Part shown: positions 10,544 through 21,860 of the stretch, one piece after another
Layout: every line of letters begins with the position of its first letter
Numbering within the stretch: position 1 is the first letter of the stretch
Origin: Haliotis rufescens
Lineage: Eukaryota
NCBI RefSeq assembly: GCF_023055435.1
Contig: NW_025963879.1
Coordinates: 23,436,001-23,500,000, forward strand
Length of the DNA stretch: 64,000 nt
Reading direction: 5' to 3'
Made by a program: the position numbers and the translations under genes
The notes under the pieces: generated by a model
Database searches by the model: none
What the model was told of the DNA's origin: nothing
The model's input: the letters and a program-made list of their open reading frames with translations, nothing else

Positions 10544-13500
10544 CTAGGCATCTGCCTTCAGTTGTCTGTCACTGAGGCCGACCTTCTCGCCTGGCTTGAA
10601 GGCTGGCATGCCGAGATACGGACAACTGGCACACCGGAATGCATCACCAAGGTAACACTGAAACATAACATTGGAAACAGGTAAACAACTTTATATAATA
10701 ACAATATAGACAAAAACCAAAACAGTAAAAGCCTTTGAATAAACAATATAACTGGAGCTAATTTTTATGTCACTATTTATTTCTCAACTCCATGATGCCT
10801 AATGAGTCAGCGTGTATACCTTTCAGCGCTGAACTGTTCCAAAACGTATGCAGGGTTACAAAGTTGTTATTTCTTCACAGTGTCACCAAATTGCACAACA
10901 TTTAACTTGCTAACAATGGGGTTAGGTCTTTCCATCAGTGCGTCTATTTGTTATATCAGAAAGGGATATACACTGGCTAGCCATCAGTCAAAGTGCTGTT
11001 TTCTATCCAGCTGGTAATATGGAAACCCCCCAAAGTATGTTCCAGGTAACGTCAATAAAGTGCCCTTGTTTGAAATCTTGATGTCATTNNNNNNNNNNNN
11101 NNNNNNNNNNNNNNNNNNNNNNNNNNNNNNNNNNNNNNNNNNNNNNNNNNNNNNNNNNNNNNNNNNNNNNNNNNNNNNNNNNNNNNNNNNNNNNNNNNNN
11201 NNNNNNNNNNNNNNNNNNNNNNNNNNNNNNNCTTTTAACAGTATTCCAGTTATATCAGCTTAATGTTTGAGGAAAGCCCAAAGTGATGCAGGTCTCAGAC
11301 GTTTACCACTTCGGTGAAAACCACAAGCACCCACGAGCACGGGTATGGTGCTGACAAACCTAGAAACATAATCGGGGCGAACCGGGATTCGAACCCACAA
11401 TCATAGGTTTCTGGCGTGCCTAAGGGACGCAACTCTGCACAGCGAATCGTGGCACCTTAGACGACTTGGCCACCCGTGCCCCCGCATGGCAATAGAGCAT
11501 CTTAAGGTCTATCTTAAAGTCCACATATAAAACATATTTTAGACATGAATGATTTTTTAGTCTATTCAAGCAGTCTACAACATTAGCCACTTGTCTAATA
11601 TTTCTCTAAATCCAATAGGTCCACATGTACCCAGAATACTCGGGGTGGATCAACTAAAAACTGATTCCCAAAAATTCAAGGCCTTGTAAGGTTTAGTTAG
11701 GCCATTACAAGGCTCCCAACCAAAAATTCAAGGCCATTCAAATTATATTTTCATCTCGGCAGTATCAAAATCAAGTCCTTTTCAATGTAAACTGGAACAC
11801 TTCTGTCACATGCCGTAGATTTTCGCAATATTTTGCAGACTTTTTTGGCTAGGGGTCAGCAGTCGGATTAATTTCGAGACACATTAATTTCAAGATTTAC
11901 AGTATATTGCTGATTTGATAGACAGCAGTGAATGATGGATAACCTTTCGTTCTTGTTCTGACAATGGCTCAAAGGGAAACAACTCTGTATGGCTATTTCA
12001 TTAGGCAACAGACTTAAAAGATTTGGCACAGACTGTTATTGCAACCATCAATAAGTCTAACTGAAACTAATAATGTCAAATAATTTCAAACCACTAATTT
12101 TCGGGAATCTTAAACTTGGGGCAAGTATTAGACTCACATTTCCACAGGCAGATGTGACGGGTTTGGGCGTGATCTCAGCCCCTTCTTCAAGCTCCTCTGC
12201 CAGCCCACACGTACAGTTCTTGCAAGCTTTCTTCTTCTTGGGGTTTGCACCACAATCAGCTGAATAAACAATCATTATATAAGTAAAATGTAGAGTCCTA
12301 GCAAGTTTGAATCAAGTCATTTTAACAACACATTCCACCAACACAACGTCTAACTCAGTTTGATCACATAATAAATGCATACCCTAATAANNNNNNNNNN
12401 NNNNNNNNNNNNNNNNNNNNNNNNNNNNNNNNNNNNNNNNNNNNNNNNNNNNNNNNNNNNNNNNNNNNNNNNNNNNNNNNNNNNNNNNNNNNNNNNNNNN
12501 NNNNNNNNNNNNNNNNNNNNNNNNNNNNNNNNNNNNNNNNNNNNNNNNNNNNNNNNNNNNNNNNNNNNNNNNNNNNNNNNNNNNNNNNNNNNNNNNNNNN
12601 TAAACTGGCAAATTACAAGACTATTTATTGATCCGTCGTCTGTAGTAGGGCCCAAGTCTCACTGCCTTGGCGGAACTCACCTCGAAGAGAGGCTGGGTCA
12701 GGCTTTTTCAGGTCATCTTGTTCCAGGAGAGCATCGTCATCAACAAGCTCCACCTCATCATCCATCACATCATCCGCCGACAGCGACCACACCTTGGCTA
12801 CACTGGCATCCACTGCTGTCAAAACAAACATCAACATTGTTTGAATTCCTAAAAACTGGTACATGACAGAAAAAATAATAATAATGGCATTGATTTGTCA
12901 AACAGTCTAATATTTTTATATTTTGCGAGAAAGCATCATTCTCAGGTGTCCAAATATCAATTCTCATGTTGAAGATGAAACAAATGCTCTAAAATACTTG
13001 GTGTAGGCTACTTTTTCTCAACTAGTCGTACTAGAGAACATAGAATATCTTGTCTCCTTTACTGGAGACTATGCTGCATGTCACATCACTGAAATTTTTT
13101 CACAAATATCAATTGTTATTTAGAGCTGCACTAACGCAAAATTAAAAACAAAAAGAGTACAGGAACTTAATTATTCATGATATTAGTACCCTTATCCGGA
13201 CAAAACACATTGGAAATTAGCCTGTATCACCTGTGACATCCTTACTCTAACATGTAAGACTACGCTCCATGTCTGAGATGCCCGGAGGATCAGAACTAAA
13301 GGATCTAGCAGATAACAACCCAAGCCCAACAGTCCCTCAGAAATTTTTGAGCCGCATGTGACACAAGGGAAATAGCTGGCAATGCACTGAGTTCAGTGAT
13401 GATTTGTCTACGACCCACAGCATGATCCAACATCGTTCAAGAGATGAACAGAAACGTAGAAATGCCTTAAGATATTGTCAGATAATATTTATGCATGAAT

Positions 13501-16500
13501 GGTATGTTGGATATGTACAGCGCCAAAGTCAATGATGCGAACGTGGGACAGTTAACTGCTGTGCTGGGACAAGTGTCCCAAACTGAAGAACCCCCCTATG
13601 TCTTTGACAGAGAAGTCCCTCAGATAGTAGTTGGTGAATGTAGTGTCAGTGCCCCAAAACACCCCCTTGATGACATCCGTCACCATACAGTTGGTATGCA
13701 ACGCCATCATGGATGCTAGGGCTCTGATTTCATGGAGATGGTGTGCCTCAGCTAGTGATATGTCAGCAGAAGTGTGGCACAAAGCCAAAACGCCTTGGTA
13801 TTCTTTGTCACCTTCTCCCTACTTCTGGCCGACAGAGGTAGGACTAATCACTTCTTCTGCTTCATGGAACTCTGTCACTTCAACGTAACGCTTGAGTGCT
13901 TGCACAGGACATAACGACAGATCCTCAGTGTCCTCCGTCCCCAGGATGGATGATAAGGGCAATATCGTGAACCACCGATTATCCTCCCACAACTGCTGGT
14001 ATTTAACATGTCTGCTGGTGTTGAACAGCTCCCCGATGAACTGGAGAGACTGCGATGGAAACATGTCCAACTTTTCCAGTTGGGATCAACCATCCCCACT
14101 GGGACAACAGGCGCCTCGAAATAGTGATGTGTGGCGCTAGCGTCTGTAGATCCTGATCGTTGAGGATACAATCGTCTATGTATGGATGGAAGCTGACATC
14201 CCTGCTGTGCAAAAGGGCTACTACTGGATTGGTATTTTGTGTAAATAACCATGGGGCCAAGGAAATTCCAAACGGCAGGACTTGCCATTGGAAGTCCTTT
14301 CTCCGGAACAGGAATCGGAGTGCTCTGGATGAATGGGTACATGCAGGTAAGTGTCCTGCAGATCCAAAGACACCATAAAGTCCCCAAGACATATTGTTAA
14401 CCTCAAGTCATTGAGGGATAACATCCGAAAATACAGTGGAGTCTCCAGATACAACAGGTTGAACGATTTCAGGTTGTGAATCAAGCGCATCCTGTTAGGA
14501 GTCTTTCATGGGGACCGGGAACATCCTGGAATAATAACCTGGTGTGAGCTGATTCCAAAGTGCACGTCTATCACCGTGAGCGATAAGAAGTGAAGGGATC
14601 AGGGACAGACAACTCCTGTTGGTAACCAAGGGCTGGGGGTGCCCCAGAGGAGGTAAAGGCATGTTTGGGTTCTGTGTTATAGGATCGAAGTCCGGAAGGG
14701 AAATTATCCTGATGTGTTGTGTCAGGATAAGAAATAATTCCCAAAACTAAAACAAAAGAGAGTTTGGGTGGTATCTGCAACTCATAGCCTCGTCAAGGAG
14801 TGTGTTAAGTAGGATTTCTTTGTTTGTTGATAAATGCTGCAATCAGAAATATTCCAGCCATATCACCACATCCTGTAAATAAGAGTCGGGGCTAGACAAA
14901 CCAGTGAGAAAATGAGCCACAATGTCCCACCATGTCCAGACAAGACAACTTGCAACTAACAGTCACCAAACCTAACTACTTGATCCAAATTAGTCACCTC
15001 GTACAACAAGCAGTAGTACACTGGATACCCAGGACCACCCACAGTTCAAAGTGGGAAGGCCACATATTGCAATGTGTGTTATATTATGTAATTTAATTTT
15101 GAAGACATGATATACTGGTAATAGTGCCCACCTGGAAAGGGTGCATATCCTTATGAATAAAGCTGTAATTCTTAGAGACAGGCACTTACAGTCTAAGGGA
15201 GATAACTCTAGTTGCTGGAAGTAACTAGAGTTATCTCCCTTAGACTGTAAGTAACACTGTCAGTGAGTTGGGTAATTCTAAACTGCTAAGTAATGGTAGG
15301 TGATCCATGTTCAGTACATGTTGCTAGGGTATCTGGTTAGGTTGGGAGGAAGTAGCAGAGATTATAGAAACAGCAGTTTGTGGCCAGATCTTAAATATAC
15401 ATGCTGTGCCGTAAGTAGCTGTTCTTTCACCAAGATCATAAAACCAAGAGAAATCAGTTTCCACCTAGCATCTTTTTCACTAACCTTTAGGTTTATTTGC
15501 AAATGACAGTTTGAGCTGTGTAGTGGACCCGACTTCATAGTGAGGCTTCTCTGCGGTGATCTGAACTAGTGACAAGCCATTGTCTGATGACAGATTCTGT
15601 AGGGCTGCCTTGTCATCATCACTCAGAGGTAGAGAAACAGGCTGGTTGAAACAAAAAAGTTAAGTATAATTACTGGAAAAAAACACTGTTATAAAGCTGA
15701 GCACCAAATGAGAAACATGTATTCATAATGGGATTGAAATGGCTGAACCACATGTCTTTTTCACAAGTGCTCTACCTGGATGAAACGTATGGTGAGGAGA
15801 AGGAGCTGCTTGCTGATCTCAGAATAGTTTACATTTCTAAAAATGCCAGTTGTCACCAGTTAGCATCTATCTGATCTAGTGGTTGTGACAGTTGTCACCA
15901 GTTACCATCAATCTGATCTAGTGGTTGTGACAGTTATCACCTGTTAGCATCAATCAGATCTAGTGGTTGTGACAGTTGTCACCTGTTACCATCAATCTGA
16001 TCTAGTTGTTGTGACAGTTGTCACCAGTTAGCATCAATCAGATCTAGTGGTTGTGACAGTTGTCACCAGTTAGCATCAATCTGATCTAGTGGTTGTGACA
16101 GTTGTCACCAGTTAGCATCTATCTGATCTAGTGGTTGTGACAGTTGTCACCAGTTAGCATCTATCTGATCTAGTGGTTGTGACAGTTGTCACCAGTTAGC
16201 ATCAATCTGATCTAGTGGTTGTGACAGTTGTCACCAGTTAGCACCAATCTGATCTAGTGGTTGTGACAGTTGTCACCTGTTAGCATCAATCAGATCTAGT
16301 GGTTGTGACAGTTGTCACTAGTTAGCATCAATCTGATCTAGTGGTTGTGACAGTTGTCACCAGTTAGCATCAATCTGATCTGGAGTTTGTGACAGTTTAA
16401 GCTAACCAACCAAAGGTACATGATTTTATCAATGTGCCATGATACACTGATCTACTGAAAACAGATCTGTTTTCTACCTCATGTATTGCATCTTCCTGAG

Positions 16501-19500
16501 GCAAGGGCATCAACTGATTACATAAAAGTCAAGTTTCAAACCTTGCCGAACTAGGCTGAAATTTCTGCATCATATTTTGGCTGGCCTAACGAGTCTATGA
16601 ATAGGCCAATCAAAATTGTGTTATGAAATTGACATCCAGTTTGCAAACAACATGGTGACTGCATAGGTCAACTGCAGGATTTGCAAAACATGTGTACCAG
16701 CAACTGGGCGTCAACAGATAATTTCCTCATCTTTTCACGTTTTTAATCAAGGTGCTCAGGTGATTTGATGCATTTCCCAAGGTCAGACCTATCTTATTAC
16801 AATATAGATTTTGATAATCGATGAGATTGTCGTGACAGGGTGCTGTCGCAATTTTGTTTGTAGCAAATGCAAGTGATATGAGAGGTGGAATCTGATTGGT
16901 GAATAGGAAGGACACAGAAGGGACATAACTTGTAATAGCCACTGTATTAGTATGTAAGAGACACTAAATTCAAGCCTAGTTTGGCAAGGGTGGAAACTGG
17001 ACTTCAATAGTCAGTTATCTCCCTGCCTCGGGAAGCTGTGTCAGTTGATGAACCAATGATAAAATAATTCCTAATTCTCCACTGCTCCACTGGTACTTGA
17101 TGGACAATGGAACATAACAAATAATGATAACCTACAGCTGACAAGTTGACAAAGCCTGAGAGTTTCAGTGTTGACACCATCTTGTCTGTTGTCTGTACAG
17201 TTCCACTGGCATTGTCGGAGACAGCATCCCTGATGTAGAGTTTACCGACCGGCTTCAGTATCCTGCAGATTTCCCCGAGTCTGTCCATGTCCTGTTGGAT
17301 GACCCCAGGTTGATGCAGGCCACAAACTGCTACGTCAAACACCGAGTTGGGATGTGAAGCTACAACACACATTCCACTTGTTCAGCAAAAAACACACCAC
17401 AATGACGGTTTCAACTGAGAGTTGATTACAATGCCCTTATACATACATTCGTATTAATTAAGAGATGAAATGGCAACTTTATGAAAAACTACTTTTGTCC
17501 TGATGCTGTTCTAGTTAAATAAATGTGTTTGTTTAGTGTTATTACCCCTTGTGGATCTGGACCCCCATATGATCATAGCACTATCATATGTTTGTTGTAG
17601 CGTCAAGAGCGTTTTGGGCAAGTGAATCCTGGGTTAGAATAGGTCCCTGTTGAGCTCCAGATAATGTTTTGAGCCACTAAATATTTCCTCAAAAGTTATT
17701 ATTCACATTGGATTTAGATAGTTTTCTTTAGGTATTCAATATATTTTTACTCCTTAAGTCCAGTCTATTGGGTATTTTTACACCAACGACTATTTGATAA
17801 AACGACTGTATATTACAACTGTTAGATAAAATGATGGTATATCAGCAGATCGTGAAATTCACTTAAGGGCAGTTACATTAGGAAAAGCTTGTGCGACAAA
17901 CAAACTCGATTAGCAATAGATTCCAATGGAAAAGCACATTGTGCCTAGTCAATGTATCTTAAACAGTTGCTGACTGGTGATTAGTGCCTTTCTTACAATG
18001 CTAGGTCTTGTAGGCATAAAATGGTTTCTGAGAGGGAGCCGCAAGACATAGATGGGTATACTACTATTTATTTATTTTTAATTATTTACAGGGATTGTTA
18101 TGAAACAGGTTTTCAAGCTAAAATACTCAAATGTTAAGAAACAGGTGGGTTAAAAAAATTTGAATACCCTCTAAAAACTGTGGAAATCCACCAAAATCAA
18201 ACCCCTGGATTAAATACCCAAATAAGCAAAAGCTTATCTAGACCTGTGAAATGTTATTTCAGGTGACTTCCAATTTTGAACAGTTTGTGTGCTGCCCCCT
18301 GTTGCATAAACTGACAACAGAGATATACAAGTATATGTGTCTAATTAACAATAAACGAGATATAGCACCTTGTTAAGCATTATTTACTACAGTAGAGTTC
18401 ATGTATGTGTGATGCCTGCATTAGATCAGTATATAAAGACGTGTAAATTAATACAGATAAGCAAGTTGAAAAGGATACACTGATTAATTATGCAACAGTG
18501 TTGTTATACATGTACTATTGGGGTTTTGAAACTTTTCATGTGTATTTGTATGCAAGCATTTTTAAAATTGTGTTTGTTGTTTAACACCACACTCAGCAAT
18601 ATTCCATCTATAGACGGTGGTCTGTAAATAATCATGCATCAACCATGTCAGCGAGCCTGACACCCTGACCCATTTAGTCGCCTCTCGCGGCAAGCATGGG
18701 CTGCTAAAGAGCAATTTTAACCCAGATCGCCATGGGACTTGTAACTGACACTGAAAGCAACTTTAAATTACTTGGGTAATGGTGAGGTGAGGTTAAATGG
18801 GGTTTAACGTAGTGTCCAAGATTATTGCACTTATATAGTGACGTGCATGCATGTGTATGTATGTGTGTGTGGCTGCTTGTACTAGTCCGGACTGATTCCG
18901 ATTTATAGTGCTACCATGCCGCAGTTTAACATGAATACCCCACTCAGACACAGTATACTGACTCCGAGCCGACCAGTCCTCGTTTTAGCTCCTTAATGCA
19001 GAGCGCCAGACAGGGTAACAACAAGTACCATCTTTGAACGTCTTTTGGTATGACGCGGCTGGGGATCGAACCCCGGACCTTCCGCTCTCCGGGCGGACGC
19101 TCTACCATTAGACCACGGAGGAGGTCCTTGGGTAATGGTGATTCATTTGGAACACTGAACACAAATGAACAACTTATCTGTAACTTGGTCCGTGTCAGTC
19201 AATTGCATGTTGTAAGAAGCTATTTAATTAGATCAGTGGACATGTTTTGCTTAATGTATGCAAATGTAACCTGACTAGGTGGGATGTTGCTCAAAGTCAT
19301 AATATCAACCACTGGTTTATTGGCCCAGATTTGATTATTTCCAGGCCTCCACAACATAAATGCAGCTGGCTGCTGTGCAGAGGAATATAAAACCATTCTG
19401 ACATTAGGATATGCTAGACAAGAATTGTAGTGAGTGAAAATAAAGACTTTCTATAAATATCTCTACCTATATCTACATGGATGATGCTCTTCACTCATTA

Positions 19501-19884
19501 AGTTCAGTTTGCTTTCATTTTTTATACTGTTCCAAATTCCATTCATCAAGTGAATGCTCACAGCACTACGTCATCAAATAGATCAGTGTGCACTCAACTT
19601 TCATTTTCATCTACATGGGGAGTATTAAAGACCAACAAAGTTCAACTGTCCCCAAACTTGAGAGTCACAACAATGATCTGAATCAGATTATTGTTTTGAC
19701 ATACAGACAACACACACACTAACAACATACACTGTGTAAGTCTCTCAACATGTTCCACATGGATGCTGCCGGATTCTCCTACTTGGTTGGTCAAAGATTG
19801 GACAATATCTTGAATATTTTCCGATGACTGTCCACCCCAAACAAGGAGTACTTTCTGCCCTGGTTTGATGTCAATGTTGTCCAT
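10544..19884 (-). CDS. CIAPIN1: Anamorsin (cytosolic Fe-S cluster assembly factor, Dre2 homolog), 6 coding exons, ~301 aa
   Basis: Exons (minus): 19884-19731, 17359-17136, 15641-15485, 12815-12681, 12259-12138, 10657-10544; all GT-AG, phases consistent, 906 nt. N-terminal methyltransferase-like region ([15 protein letters not shown]), [12 protein letters not shown], acidic linker [20 protein letters not shown], and Fe-S motifs C-X9-CKNCTC and [29 protein letters not shown]. Confidence 0.97.
11089..11231. other. Assembly gap (N run) in CIAPIN1 last intron
   Basis: Run of N. Confidence 1.
11233..11484 (-). mobile_element. tRNA-derived SINE family D
   Basis: A-box-like ggtggccaagtcgtctaagg, B-box ggttcgaatccc, body, and tail ..gctgatataactggaatactgttaaaag running into the gap; second copy at 7930-8176. 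Confidence 0.8.
12391..12600. other. Assembly gap (N run) in CIAPIN1 intron
   Basis: Run of N; the flanking exons join in frame, so no coding exon is required in the gap. Confidence 1.
13191..14731 (-). mobile_element. Internally deleted DIRS-type (tyrosine recombinase) retrotransposon in a CIAPIN1 intron
   Basis: RT remnants [66 protein letters not shown]. Tyrosine recombinase remnants [10 protein letters not shown] and [27 protein letters not shown]. Inverted terminal segments cttatccggacaaaacacat (13191-13210) and atgtgttgtgtcaggataag (14712-14731), 18/20 match. Confidence 0.88.
15184..15252. repeat. Perfect 30-bp-arm palindrome with 9-nt spacer
   Basis: acttacagtctaagggagataactctagtt-gctggaagt-aactagagttatctcccttagactgtaagt. 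Confidence 0.95.
15847..16397. repeat. 42-bp minisatellite, ~13 copies
   Basis: Unit cagttgtcaccagttagcatcaatctgatctagtggttgtga repeated head-to-tail with few substitutions and no spacers. Confidence 0.97.
16489..17038. mobile_element. MITE with ~75-bp imperfect TIRs (CATCTTCC...GGAAGCTG)
   Basis: Left catcttcctgaggcaaggg..aaagtcaagtttcaaaccttgccgaactaggctg; right caagcctagtttggcaagggtggaaactggac..ccctgcctcgggaagctg. The same TIR occurs at 3437-3455 and 57867-57958. Confidence 0.75.
18570..18736 (-). repeat. Repeat family A copy (internally deleted)
   Basis: gtttgttgtttaacaccacactcagcaatattcc...ttagtcgcctctcgcggcaagcatggg. Confidence 0.8.
18786..19126 (-). mobile_element. Full-length tRNA-derived SINE family C (MetaSINE-like) with 15-bp TSD
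   Basis: A box tggtctaatgg, B box ggttcgatccc, central ..tggtacttgttg..gcattaaggag..gactggtcggctcggagtcag.. domain resembling the Meta domain as recalled, and a (CCTCA)n tail. TSD cttgggtaatggtga at 18771-18785 and 19127-19141. Partial copies at ~9580-9760, ~20415-20580 and ~24100-24280. Confidence 0.88.
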
Positions 19885-21478
19885 TTTGTAGGAAACCTGT
19901 TGTTGAAATAAAGAGAAAGATGAAGTATGCTTAGAATAAAACAATATTTGATGAATATGATGCATAATATTCCTAAAAATGCTAAAAATGAACCTAAATG
20001 TTTTGTCCTATTTTCAATTAAACTATTTGGGTTTACTTTAGGATTGAGAAGAAATATAAAATCCCATATTCTTCAATATGCACTCTGATAGTTCTTTTGA
20101 GGGTTGGTGCAACATCAGCAACGGCCTCAATAAGAATGTTATTGTAAGAGAGATTTGTGGCTATGTATTAGTCATCAGTAATAAGGGAAAGGAAAACACG
20201 GAGCAGCATATAGGTATGATTTCACAGCTGTATGACACTGATATACAATGGAACCAAAATATTTTAGGTGAGGAGAAAAAGCGTACTTCTTTGAAACTAC
20301 TTTTGATGTATACCCAGTGTAAATATAACTTTATTGGCATCTTTTCTCTAATCCACGAAATACATAACACTGATGTCAAGAAAGATTGGAGACCAGTCCC
20401 TTCCCATGATATTTGACCGCCTCCATGGTCTAGTGGTAGAGAGCGGAAGGTCCGGAGTTCAATCCCTGGCTGTGTCATACCAAAAGACGTTAAAAGATGG
20501 TACTTGTTGTACTACTATTCAATGTCTTTTGGTATGATGCAGATGGGGATTGAACCACTGACCGTCAACTCTCCAGGCACTATATATGATAACTAGATAC
20601 GGTCCACAAAAGTACATGTATACTACCACATTACAGTTACGTCAGAGATCACCACAGATCTGGGAATATGGTTGTATACCAATCTAAGTATATTACCTCA
20701 AACAGAACATATCTAAATTAATACCCAACTGGTGTATAACCACAGCTATTTCAGTTGAAAAACATGTTAGACTCATTCCTAGTCTGCACATCAGTATGGT
20801 TTTGTTTATGATCATTTGACCATGTTGGAAATGCCTTTTCAATCCAATCTCCACCCCCTGAATTAAGCAATGTAATTTAGGGTAAATCAGTACAATTTTT
20901 AGCAAGTTTCGAGGAAAACATGCCTACATGCACATCATGGCAAACAGCTGGTTTCTGATCACCAGGTTTTCGAGCACAAATTATTTGTGATTCCACCCCT
21001 GGTCCCATGGTAAAGAGTTGGCTAATTAGTTTGTTTCATTAGCCTAGACTGTCTTCAAGCTGACAAGGCTATTTCGCTCCTTCATGCATCCGTAATTGAA
21101 AAAACGTACTCCCAATAAAGAAAAACGTTTCATAAAAATAATCGCCAACATAAAAAGCTAGCAGAGACAAAGTCCGCATCTGTGAAATCAGTGTTATTTA
21201 AGCTATAACAATTTTCGTTATATGTTACGCTGAATGTACAGAATGCGCTATTTGGGGTATTATACTTCGATCGATATATCATACGCAGATTTGTGGTTAA
21301 TTTTGATAATCCTTGCCGTCATCGTGATTCAGGAGTTTTTCCAATATTTGTTGACATGTTGCTCAACATAACCTTTCAATGGAAAAATATATGTTCCAAA
21401 TACTGGCCCTGTATCCTAGATATTAAATGATTTTAATCCATTTTGACAGAACATGTCATAATACCATTATTCCTTTAC

Positions 21479-21570
21479 CTGATAAAACTTGCAAAGAATC
21501 GTAGTGTCTCAATATTTTGCTCACGAGTTACTCTTCATTCTCGTCCTTGACCTTCCAAATAACGCAGCAA
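21479..21570 (-). other. CIAPIN1: Probable non-coding first exon (5' UTR) of CIAPIN1
   Basis: The first coding exon begins after an acceptor (..caacag|GTTTCCTACAAAATG at 19896). A strong donor CAG|GTAAAG lies at 21479/21478 on minus next to the TPX2 promoter. The 5' boundary is approximate. Confidence 0.55.
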
Positions 21571-21860
21571 ATAATATTATTTGAAAAAATATATTATATA
21601 TACAGAGTACAAATATTTCTTTTAAAATGTAGCGAAAAGGGGGAGCGACATAAAGTTACAGATACCCAATATTTATACGTCAATATTAGATATTATACAT
21701 TATTTACTCCAATCGGTGTTAAGAATGACGACGACATCCGTTGCACAAATAAGTCGTGGTATTTGATTGGTCGGTTGGGGAAATGCGGTAGATTGAAATT
21801 TCGCTTACCGCTCGTTCAAGTTGAAGTCTGTTTTGAAAGCGTTTCGTTTCATTTTACGAA
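21570..21860. promoter_or_regulatory. Putative bidirectional CIAPIN1/TPX2 promoter with CCAAT boxes, MYB-like site and CHR
   Basis: CCAAT at 21666-21670 and 21709-21713, ATTGG at 21766-21770, CCGTTG at 21738-21743, TTTGAA at 21832-21837; locally CpG-rich; lies between divergent genes. Confidence 0.6.

Noticed and set aside
12350-12866. Long ORFs spanning N runs (also 11060-11263)
   Set aside because: Artifacts of assembly gaps.
15847-16397. Regular palindrome-containing repeat resembling a CRISPR array
   Set aside because: No unique spacers, no cas genes, and it lies inside a eukaryotic intron; it is a plain minisatellite.
18944-19274. ORFs and tRNA-like sequence
   Set aside because: They lie in a TSD-flanked SINE; not a functional tRNA or protein. 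The same applies to SINE B heads at 37316, 47913, 48589 and 59392.
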